Below, piece after piece: positions 32,091 to 42,856 of a stretch of 42,856 nt of DNA (its first letter is position 1; every line of letters begins with the position of its first letter). The DNA is from Hyphochytrium catenoides (lineage: Eukaryota; Protista; Hyphochytriomycota). Position numbers and translations under genes: made by a program. The notes beneath the pieces are model-generated. The model had not been told where the DNA came from. It saw only the letters and a program-made list of their open reading frames with translations, and ran no database searches. The stretch covers positions 1-42,856 of the forward strand of contig FLMG01004224.1 in the NCBI GenBank assembly GCA_900088475.1, given 5' to 3'.

Positions 32091-35000
32091 TCATGGTCGA
32101 CCTCTCTCTCCCACCATCGTTGGCAGTGTCTGAAGGCCAGCAGCAGGTATCGGACAGCGCTTTTCTAGTGGCGAACTTGTAACTCTATCCCCCTTTCCCT
32201 CGGCGGCCCCAAAGACAAACACTTTCCTTTCACTATCCTCCTGGCTTGGCGCCCTTGGCATCAGCAGCAGGTGATACCGAGCTCTGTTATGTCTCCGACG
32301 GGAGCTACGGGTGATTTTCCGTCTTCTCTCTTTCATCAGACAGGAGGGCTCATCCTGACTCTTCACTTCGGTCAGAACAGCTTTCGTAGGCCCTGGGCTC
32401 CTTGCCATCTTCTTCGCGATCCCGTAGACCATTAGACTGATCCCGAGGCTTAGTGAAATGAGCACTGCGAGAGTCACTCCAGCTTTGACTGTGACGATGA
32501 TGCGATCAAACTGCACAATATCCGTCTGGAGGAATGGAGCCACATAAAAGAGTTGTGAGGCATCCGGAAAACGGTGTAAAGGCTGGTATTTCTTACCCTA
32601 ATCCTCCTGGTCTCCTTCAATGCCTCTTCGAGCGCTTCACGATATAGCTGCTCTTGCTCCAAGAGCCTCTCATTCTGAGACAGCATGTGACTCTCCTATG
32701 GACGGGCCAGATACAAGGATTATGTTACAAAGGGCCATCGTTCAATAAGAACGACACAAAGAAGTGACTGATAGGACTGGTTAACTAGACGGAAGAAGTG
32801 GAGATGCCATACCAAACGCTCCAGACGACTGAGAGCCGCCATTTGCTCCTTTTGCATCTCCAGTAAAATGGCTGTGTACCGGACATTGATATCCTCGAGG
32901 TAGCGGTCAATCACCGACTGATTAAACTCCAAAGACTTGACTGTGAAGAGATAAAACAGAACATGAATCGAAATGCACAAGTAAAAGTGTGGAACAGTTG
33001 GTAGACCCAAGTGGATGACAGAAGATGAGGCAAACTTCTAGACCAAGGAGGGCACTACCTTCACAGCCAAGACAAGTTGTGAGGACAACGGACGAGTGCG
33101 AATAGTGAAAGAAACCTCGTCGAACGACGGGAAAGACACAAACTGAACCGCCGTATTACGACATGCGGCGTTAATAGGCAAGGGGAAAGCAAGAGTCTTA
33201 GAACATTACTCACTCTTCTTGGTCAGAATTCTAAAGATGCTCTCGTAGCCGCCCGAAGTCTTGACTTGGAGAGCTTTCAGGTGCCGCCCGGTCTCGGCCG
33301 ACGTACTTTGGTGTGGCGGCGTCGGCCCTCCTTTCTTCTTCCCTCCCTCTCCCTCGCCCCCTTCTAGGGCTGGGTCTTGAGAATGGGAACCTGAGGTATC
33401 TATTGCGTTGTGATCGTGTGCCGTGTCATCTGCGTGCCCTTTCTGCTTGGCCTGCGCCAGTCTGTCCATCATGTCAGACGCTAGGCGTGATATCATGGTT
33501 CTCAAATCCGTCCCGGAGGTATTCTTCTGCTCCGGAGAATCAGGAGAAGCCGCCTTCTCTTGTTCTAGTGTGGTGGAGTTCGTCATGTTACACTCTACGG
33601 AGTGCTGATGCAGCACTTTATTCGCCTGGCGAGGTTCCCCGCGTGGCGTCAGAGGAGAAGGTCCAGTAATCGCTGCCTCTCGAGACAAAGGTGCTCCAGT
33701 GGTCGAAGATGCTCCAGTGGTCGAAGGTGCTCCAGGAGTTGCGCAAGTAAAATAGCTGAATTGATATATACTTTGCTTTGGCCGACAAGAGCTAAGAGAC
33801 TGAGAGCCACGAATTGGAGCTGAAGCTGCTGCACTCTTGGTTGTGGCTGTGACGGTATGGTTGACGTTAATAGCTACTTGGCCGCCCTTGCTTAACTCGT
33901 TCTCAGGTTCCTTGTCACTCTCGCTAGTGGGGGCTGTCTCTTCAGCTTGTGGAACGGTATGATTCTTGGTAACCGAACCGTCGGAAGGAGATGCCACAGG
34001 ACGGATAAACTCTGAGGCAGAAGTCGCAGTGCCACGCTCTGTCTCGTGCGCAGTTGCAGAAGATAAGGCAGTGTTCGCTTCCACTCCTATATTCTCGCTG
34101 TCTTCTTGTACCGAAGTACCAAGAGATGAGTGACTTGCCTCTTGATGATGCGGAGACGGTGAAAACTCCACTTTTTCGACAGAGGTTCCTCCGTCTTGTT
34201 TGTTGCCTTCTTTCTCCTCCAGATTGACCGCGGGAAAGGACTTCTCTTTCTTCTCGTCGGGCTCCTTGGCGGTCGTTCCTGTCTTATTTACAGGTGCAAC
34301 GAGATCTGTTCCTGGAGGGGTAAAATTGACCTTCTGACTTTCACTCTGGTCACTCAAACCACTACTCGAGCCGTCTTTGGACTTCCATCCAGAGTCTTCT
34401 ACCAAATACTGCGCAGATTCCTTCTCCAAGTCCGAGACCGCTCGTTGTGAATCCTCTCCAAACTCTAACTCCAGGACTTCAGCCATCGTGGACCCGAACA
34501 CACTGTCCAAAATAGGGTAGATGAAATGCTTTAGAGAGACAACTCAAGAAATAAGATGACAGCAAAAAGAGCCACTTAGATGAACCTCTTCTAATGCCAC
34601 CACCTGGCAGCTTACATAACGATTGGAGAGAGAGGACAAAGTGATAGCCGTGACAAGAGGAGTAGGCCAAGAAGGTATGGAATCTTTACCTGATTTGGCT
34701 GACGGTGCAGTAGAACTCGCCTCCATAATGAGTAATAAAGCGGAACTTCAAGAATCGCACTTGATGGTGTCTACCATTCACCTTAAATTCCTGCTGACCA
34801 GACGCACGTTTGGCGTGGAAGGTACCAAGAAGTACCCATTTGTCGGTAGGAAACTGCCGACTGCCCAACACCTGAGAACAGGGGTACGACATCGGGTGAA
34901 CATGGCAGCGGCAAAAACCAAAATGTTAATAGACATCGCTATCAAGGCTATTCGATGCTGACAAAGATCATGCAAAGCCAATGAACTCCTCATAGGACTA

Positions 35001-36793
35001 TGAGCAGTTCAACCTCACCTGAAAGTCCTTCACAGACGACGAATACTTCTCAAAGTTCGCTAATCGGACAGTGTCGACCTCGATCTGACAAGGAAGAATA
35101 ACGTTAGAGCATTTGGCGAAGCAGGAGCGAATGCCAATGGCAGCTACATACTTATGTAAAGGCACAAGCGAAAGAGAGCCAGAAGAGACGGTTGCAAGTA
35201 TAAGAAAGCTTACATCTTCGGAAAGAGAGATAACCACCCATTTCTTCTCTGAGCAAGGACTGAGCATGTAGCGGTCCTGGTCGCCTCGCAGCAAATCCGC
35301 TGCGCCTTTGACGTATTTAGGAGCCGCAATGATCATTGCTCCCGCATCCGTGGAGGCATAGTTCTTCCTGCTCCCAGTAAGGCCAGGAAATTGGTGCGAA
35401 TGAGATGTTAGCGGAGTGTGAGGCAGCCAACGACAAAAATAAGCGTGAACAGTCGAAGAACAGAGCTAAAGAAGCGGCAAAGAAGCAGCTAGACACTAGA
35501 GAAAGTCAGACAGAATGCTGGAGGAAGAGAGTATCCCTTCAACTTCCAAGAAAGCAGCTTCTCAGCTATTCGTTTGTTACCTTGCTGTAGAGACACTTTC
35601 TAGCTCTCCGTCGTCGCTGAGTTGCATCTGCGATGCGCCCTGAGCACCCCATCCGTCATCCTCATCTTCAGGCTCAAAGCCGCCAATCCATTTATTTTTC
35701 TCCTCTAGTGCCTGCTTGCGTAAAGTTTCTTTGAACTCCCCGAGAGACGGAATCTTCTCCTTTGTTTCCTGGCGAACAGGAGCTACCTTGTCGATGACCA
35801 GGGGAGCAGGAGGAGGAGGAGACTGGGAAGAAGAGACAGGGACATCGGGAACGCTGGGCTCCATTGTAGATTCTTCTAGTCTCGTGGGGACACTTTCGTC
35901 CACTTCGAATGCCTTAACAGCTTCGTGAATAACGTTACTCTCTTCAGCTGGCAACGCAGAAGATGAATCTTCCCGGGTCTCCTCAATCTTCTCGCTCGAA
36001 GTGTTAGCCCGCACGGCAGCTGGACCCACTTGCGTATCACCTTCTAACCCTAACCCTAAGCTCTCCAGTGAAGCATTCACCTTACTGTCTGCTGGGGTGG
36101 TATCGTTCACTGACGTCTCCTCGGAAGAGGTTGAAGCATAGGTAGCATTGGGAATGGCAAGTGATGGTTGAGCCTTGAGAACGACATTTTCATCTTTCAG
36201 CTCTTCAGAATCTGCATTGAGTGCAGCGTTAGCAATCTTCGAGAGGCATACTGTCTTTGCCTCTGGCCCTCGCTCTCTCCAAGCATGTCTATCTAAAATG
36301 ATCCCTTTCGGACAGTGCTTTGCATATACTACCCCTTTATCGCCTCCCACTCTGGCCTTTCCGGCCCTCGGTAAAGCTAGTACGTACCAGAAGGCTTACC
36401 CGCTTCATCTAGGTCTGTAAGAGACTCGACGGTCTCCATAACAGCCAACGGGACGCTTGCGGTGCTATTGAACGATGGGAGAACGTCAATAGAATCTTCA
36501 GCAGCATCCTCAAAGGAGGTGGAGTTCTTGGCATCCTGAAGGTTGATCTCAATGCCAGAGTCCCTGCCGCGATCTTCTTCTTTGTCTGAAGTCACGAGAG
36601 AAGTCTCCTTATCAGGTCCCTCTTCGCCTTCTGGCTCTATCGAGGCCGTCGATGCAACTAGCATCGCTGCATCAGGCGCAACAGAAGAGAGCACTACGAA
36701 ATCTTTCGCAGAATCCTCATCCTCCACTTCTGGAGCTCCAAGCACCGCAAACAATGCCAAACTTATGGCCCAGAGGACCCAGCGAGGTTTCAT
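32091..36793 (-). CDS. SLP1: Mid-SUN domain protein (Slp1/SUCO-like ER membrane protein); 9 exons, ~1125 aa
   Basis: Exons (minus strand) 36793-36400, 36211-35581, 35367-35214, 35084-35019, 34871-34690, 34502-33214, 32940-32813, 32695-32597 and 32525-32091. All introns are GT-AG with consistent phases. Signal peptide; SUN domain RKNYASTDAGA...DRYMLSPC..KWVVISLSEDIEVDTVRLANFEKYSS...HYGGEFYCTVSQISVFG; coiled coil ESIFRILTKKIKSLEFNQS...YLEDIN; C-terminal TM helix. Confidence 0.93.
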
Positions 36794-39107
36794 CCTTACG
36801 GGGGCTCTGAAGCACCTGACGGTGTATCACTCCAAGAAAGAATCTCGTCTACCTCTGATGGAGCCCAGGCAATCCATCTCTAGAACTGTATAAGTAGTCC
36901 TAGGTCATGGCGGAAGTATCTGGTCCTCTGTGACAGACTACAGGCCTCCGCGAAAGCCACGGACGACACCTTTGGTGGAAGTACTTTGGCAAACTTTCTT
37001 CTCTTCCGTCGCCAATCAGCTTCTAATAGCCGTTCTCATAACCGCCTCATCTGGGAGGTTGTCTTCAAAGCTCTAACGGTGTGCTGCAGTGCTCCATGTG
37101 CCGCTGCCAGGCCTTCTCTTTACTTTCTGTCTCTCCTCCAGCCGATAAATGGACAACCTGCCCGCAGGCCTTGGGCGGCGCGGCCGGTCGGTTGAAGAAG
37201 TTCGTCGCTGCTGCTCTCTCCTCCTTGTACAGGACACTTGGACCTTCTCCAGGACACGCCTGTCTCTCGATGTCTCTCCAGTGCACAGTGTACTAGCTCT
37301 TTTATGTCTGTCTCCCATGCTCACTGTTCTCCCCTAGCTTCATAAGTATCATTCTCCTGCACTTGTCATCTCTAGTGTCTCTTTCTGCGCTGGACCGTCA
37401 TTCTGTCTCGCGAATGAGGGAGGTTGGTTATGTCTGTACACGTAATTCTGTAGAGAAAGAGCCAAGAATTTGTCTCATACACAGCCCGCACCATCACAGT
37501 CCTCACAGACCAACACGTTGTAGTTGTACAAGGTACAGGTGGCGTGAATACGCAGACTCGGGTTTGTAAGTGACTCGAGACTGTTGAGGAACTCGAGTCT
37601 CCCTTCACGAACCCGGGTCCCGTTACGCCTTCCTACAAGTAGTCCTTTATGTAGTTGAAGGTAGTTTGGCGATCTTCGAGCCGATGATGCCGCAAGGAAG
37701 AAGAAAAGACGAGAAGCGAAGCAGTGCGGACACAGCAGAAGAAGAGAGCAGCATGTGTAGATGGGGAGGAAGGCGATCAGAGATGATGAGGCGGCCACTA
37801 TCATTGCTTCTAGAGAATCTACTCATTATGCTATATGGCCGCCTCCTACCTGCAAGGCAATCAGACTCGATCTGCTGCTCCGACCGACCTGCGCTTCTTG
37901 CGCCAGTACTGTCTGTGACTCATCATCTCTCAGCGGTGGTAGATCCTTAGATTGTTACGGAGGAGGAGTGGGGTGCTGCTCTTCGACTACGGGTGCACCA
38001 AAGATAGTGATGAGGTAGTTCCACCATATGGCAGAAGAAGAAAACAGGAGGGGGATTGCTTCTTCATGATATCATGTTATTAGTGCAGAAGACGACTACT
38101 ACTACGACGCTGAACAATTGATGAGCTATTATTAGACAGACAGGATAGCTCCCTCCTGTTTTCCTGTCACCTCTTTCTCTGCCTGCAGCCCTTTTGTTAG
38201 AAGAACAATTATCGCTCTACGCAAGCTCTTCAAAAATGTCGCCACATCATTCCGAGGGCTGATGAATAGTAGTACACCTACTTGTGATTGTCGTCCGGAG
38301 GAGTATTCCTCCTGTCGTCCGCGTCGTCGTCGAAAGAGTGCAATAAATACTGAACAGGATAACATCATCGCTCTCTCTTCAGAATAAGCAGGATCTAAGT
38401 AGTTACCTCTGACATGTTATTAAGGATTGGCTTCAATGAACGCGCACGCGTCCACCACATAGTAGAGGTGATAGGATATGACCAAAGAGAGATGTGATGA
38501 CCAAAAAAGATGTTTTAAGGGAGAAGGGGCCCAAGACGGACGAAGAGGCAAACAAGAAGAGTAAGACAAAAAGCGGATGATGAACGATGACAGCTCCATA
38601 CATTGAGGAGGCCGTAGTACCGGCATCAGAGGGCCAGCATACCTACCAGTCGAGGACGTACGAAAGTCTCACACCAGCAAGAATAGCATCAGCTTCACAG
38701 TCAGTGCAATGTTAATTACTTGTGGAACAACAGAAGCAGAAAAAGCCCCCTTTCTCTCTCTGAAACTATGATTGCCTTCTTCGATCAATGGACCACAACA
38801 GCAATACCTTAAATGGACACCAACAGACTGCTCATGTCTAGCTTCTTACTGATAATGTTATCCATCATCGCGGTGAATAGATGCACCTCCAAAGAAGTCG
38901 CCCATCTATCTATTACCTCCGACTCCGGCAGTGGAGAACAAAGATGCTCAGTCAACGGTAGGGCGGATGTAGACACTCGTTTTTTATACTGACAAGCTGG
39001 CTAAGTGCTAAGTCTCGCCGATCGCTCCAGCTTCCATTGCTTCTTTTACCCTCCGATCCTGTGTCCCCCAAAGAAATGACCATTTTGTACCTTTGGCGTG
39101 AAAGATC

Positions 39108-40413
39108 TCACTTCATGCGGCCTTGGTGAGGTTCAGAGAGACAACTTTTGGTGGCTAGAACCGCTGCTATCAAACCTGCACTTTGCGCAGGCCGTGCGTC
39201 ATTTATATCTAGATCTCTCGTCAGTTCGTCCACACGGACTCTGCTCTTGATAATGACACAATCTCGAGGATGGTGGAAAGCATAATAAAGAAGCTTCAGC
39301 ATCAGAACCGATAGAGTAATGCCTTGGTTGAGACAGAACTCACGAGTTGAGATACTTAGTCGGGAAGGTAAGTCATCATCGGTGGCAGAGCTGGTCCATT
39401 TCTTATCTTCCTGCTCCGTGTGAAGGCCGTAATAGTCAAGTCTGTACAACTGTATTCGATCTCCAGCGCGGAAGAAGACACAGCCCATTAGAATGAAGAA
39501 CATAATGGAGTTGAAGAGTAGTGAGTACCGCAACCGCTTCCTATCAAGCAGCGGGAAACTGTCATAGAACAGATAGACGCAGCAGAATCCGGCCCAGATG
39601 CCTGATGCAACAATCAAGCCATCCGCCTGAGATCCAAAAAGAATGAAGAGAGAGGCTGCGCATAAGAACATCTCCAGCGTAAAGATGGATGTCTCATAGG
39701 TCCTTGCACAGCGAAGCGCAACGGCGAGGTTCATCACCGAAAGGAAGTAGAGGCAAAGCCAGAGCAAGGAAATAGAGAAGATAAGCCCAATGGCAGTCTT
39801 CATGCCTGTCTCTTTGACCAAAGAGGTAGGACCAAAAAACGTAACGAAGCAGGTCGCCCACGCCACGATGTTGGCGGTCCACTTGCCAAAGACTATAACG
39901 GCAGCCCATCGTTGCCACCACCGGTCAAAGTTTGGTCCACAGAGCTTGGCCATGACTGTCATGGAGCTCTCTTCTGTCGTCAGCTCTGTACGGGTCAGGA
40001 TTGGCAAGAGGACAATTTTCTTGTTACACCTCAACGATTTATCCTTGTCCCTGTACTCGAGCGGTCCAGTGGTGGTCTGCCCTTGGACAAGGATCCTCCT
40101 TTTGCCATTCTTGGTCGTCACGTCCAATGCGTTCGAGACAGAGGAGCCAACAACTGTGAGGCCTCGCTAAAGCTCTCACTCTTCTCTTTGTTGGACGTTA
40201 GGAGAGGCCCCAAGAAGTCAAAGCGCTGCATTGCTTCGTCGTACTCTCTCCTCTAGTCAGAAAGGCATCAATGTCGGAATTGAGATCGGTGAGACACCTC
40301 CTAACAACATCATCGTCTGCCTGCAAATTAGACTTCAGGTAGAGCCGTAGAGGCTGGCAGAGGCTATCCAACAGGAGTACGCAGCTATTGCTGTTGCTGT
40401 TGCTGTCAATCAT
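39108..40413 (-). CDS. Uncharacterised ~6-TM membrane protein, paralogue of 3189-4550; N-terminus in a different frame (unresolved intron, frameshift or pseudogene)
   Basis: The main ORF 39108-40127 has only a TTG start and an in-frame TAG just upstream. An upstream frame from ATG 40413 encodes LLLDSLCQPL...DD...CL...IDAFLTR, matching LAIDCLCWPL...DD...CL...IETVLDR of the 3 kb paralogue. Confidence 0.75.
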
Positions 40414-41883
40414 AATAATAAGACTTCGCCAAAGCACAACTAGGAGCTTCAATTTGTGCCTAAGAAATGCAGCTTTCTCGATCAGGTGAAGACCACCGTG
40501 CTCATGCCCAACGTCTACCAGTACTTGAAAAGGATTACAAATTCCTTCTTATCACCCTGATGGTTGGAGGCCGGTTCTTCTACCCGCTATGACAACATAA
40601 CTGGGTTGGAGAGACAACGAGAGATTGTTTCTGGGCCACGCTGAAGGCCAACAACTGCGCTATAAGGATGGCAGTGGACTAAGAAATGGCGATATAGCTA
40701 ATATTAGATGGATGGATTGTTCTCCTTACGAGGCCACGTGACATGCACTATAATATAAAAAAATGAGCCCAATAAATAATGAGCCCATCTGTCGCTACTA
40801 TGAGCTACATGGACTGCCAGCTGCTGCCTCCTGTTTCTATTGTCTTCCGGATGATGCAACAAGCATCCTCTGTCTTAATACAAGCATGCAGGCGGCCGCA
40901 GCTAATCCGGGTTGTTTACGCAGCCTGAGGAACGGATTGTAACCGCTTTGATGACGCTGATCATCAGAAGCACCATCATCTCGATCATCAAATCGGGAAC
41001 ATAAAGGAAGAAAGCAAGTAGGAGAAAAGAAGGGAGTTGATGACAGCAAAGAGCGGAAGACGATGAAGAAAGAGAAAGAGCAGGAGAAGGTTCGTTCAGC
41101 TACATTCTTCTGCGTGGGTGCTTGTCTTCTTATTATAACAGCCTTCTTCGCACCCTTCTTGAATCCATCCTCCTCCTCCCATCGCCTTCTTCTTTTCACA
41201 CTCCTCTCTTTCTGTCACTACTTTTAATTATTGATAATGATGACTACCAGGAATGCTCTTTATGAAAGCAACAAGGAGGAGCCAGCACAAACAGTGTCAT
41301 CCAGACCCGCGCCAGTGCAAAGTCATCCAGTAGACATAATACAAGGCTTTCGTCTGAACAACTTGGCAACGGCCAAACGAGAAGAAGGTCACAAAAGGTC
41401 ACCACAGGAAGTCCTGAAGTCTTCATCGTCATGAGGAGACCCACTGAGAGAGCATGAGAGGAGGAAAGAAAGGTGTATGCAGGCAGTAATAAAGCAATAA
41501 CAACAAGGAATCAAGAAACTCTCTGTTATTAGAAGAGGAGCTGTTGGTGAAGAACGGCATCTGGCTTTGTTTACCAATGGTGTTACACGGAAGAGCGCTA
41601 GCTTGAGGCATTTCCTCCTGCTTGTCTCATGTCCGTTACATGCCGGACCGCTGGGCCTCCTCTTCACCAACGGTTACGGCGCTTCTTGCACCAGCCTAGA
41701 AAGATGTTATTTACCTAATGTAACATCTCCGCTGGCGGGCTTATCTGATCTTGTTCCTGCGCTAATTATAAGATGCCCGTTTGTAGATAATCTTGAGCGT
41801 AGTAGGAGGATCAGGACATAGCGGTGGATGTCTTTGTTAACCGCCAGAAGATAGCTACCCACCACAAGGAGACTAGACGACTA

Positions 41884-41931
41884 GAAAAGTTAAGGCAAGG
41901 TCTTCATGAAAAGTTAAGGCAAGGTCTTCAT
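41884..41931. repeat. Perfect 24-bp tandem duplication
   Basis: gaaaagttaaggcaaggtcttcat x2. Confidence 0.95.
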
Positions 41932-42856
41932 AAAATCACAGGCGGCACGAAAGAGAGCGACATTCATAGTCAGTGCGCCCCTTGTAAAGTGCGGTAACTT
42001 AACACTGAACAGCGATCGAGGAGGACATAATACTTCTAGGAAGCAACACCATCATCATGGTACGCAAGCAGAGGAAGCTGGTCGCGGCGGTAGTAAAGTG
42101 CAACAGCCTGCTGTTAGGACTTGAAAGTATGCTTCAGTAATAATGCTGCACTGCATAGGCAACCATCTTGATGATGCTGTCGTCACTTGCATATTGTAAC
42201 CTTGGTTTGGTCTGACTGCATTATTCAGAAGGTATTGATCCTCAGCTCCCTCCGTTTCATACACTCCCTGGAGAATCTAAAGTATTATGGCCCCCAAATG
42301 AGACTACTTCATCTTGAAGAGGGGCTACTACGTCGCCGCTGAAGTGTCATACGGGAAACTTCGCCGACCCACCAAGACTCCTCTGTCAAGCAAGTGTTGA
42401 CAACCTTCAAAATTCACAAGCGACAGAGTACATCTATCTGGCAATGCAGCCTGGAGGACGAGGAGTCAGATGAGTGGCCAGTTAAGAAGTTGTTGGACGT
42501 GTAAATTTCCTCATTCTGCATGCCTTTGCTTTGAGGAAAGAGCGCTACTTACGGTCTGCTACTGTCCAGCAGATTATCAAAAGGTTGCCGCAAATAATCC
42601 ATTTACTGACTCTACTATGGACCTTCGGCATGGAAATGAAATAAATCCCGTCGTTGTCTTGAGCACTTGATTATCTGTTGCTGGGATGTTAGAGAAAGTC
42701 CAGAAGCAGCACATGCAGTGTTTGTGAATACATTAGCCTGTCTGCATTCACTGTCATAGTGAGGCAATTGTGACCTTCTTGCTTCCTTTCCCAGTACTTC
42801 AGAGTGTAGGGAAAGGAGACAGAAGAGAGCGCAGGGGAGAAGGAGGAAGAGTTGAA

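Noticed and set aside
33690-33737. 18-bp tandem repeat
   Set aside because: Coding repeat (GAPSTT/GASSTT) in a low-complexity part of the SUN protein.
36043-36058. CCCTAA telomere-like repeat
   Set aside because: Lies inside SUN exon 2, encoding LGLGL; only two units.
42440-42505. Chromodomain-like start EDEESDEWPVKKLLDV
   Set aside because: Immediately followed by a stop, with no downstream chromodomain residues or retroelement domains visible.

Overview
Eukaryotic genomic DNA (GT-AG introns, long (TC)n microsatellites, three short assembly gaps, roughly balanced GC), most likely from a protist. The SUN-domain protein looks stramenopile-like, but that is an inference. Supported genes: two divergent paralogues of an uncharacterised ~6-TM protein family that bracket the window head-on (3.2-4.6 kb, +; 39.1-40.4 kb, -, with its N-terminus split across frames); a Methyltransf_3 O-methyltransferase; a secreted Streptomyces-type GH13 alpha-amylase with CBM20 and one intron; a germin/spherulin-1-like cupin; an LpqC/PHB-depolymerase-family esterase; a 3-exon arylamine N-acetyltransferase; a Cys-rich, mucin-stalked, probably GPI-anchored protein; a sterol-desaturase-family enzyme; and a 9-exon mid-SUN (Slp1/SUCO-like) gene. 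Non-coding features: a 414-bp MITE-like element with 25-bp TIRs, TA flanks and a reiterated 14-bp motif; an interstitial (TTAGGG)3; several tandem or diverged duplications; and stretches that may be decayed ORFs. The main candidates for novelty are the run of intron-poor, bacterial-like catabolic/detoxifying enzyme genes (possible HGT), the unnamed TM family and the MITE. No databases were searched; all family calls come from motifs recognised by eye.
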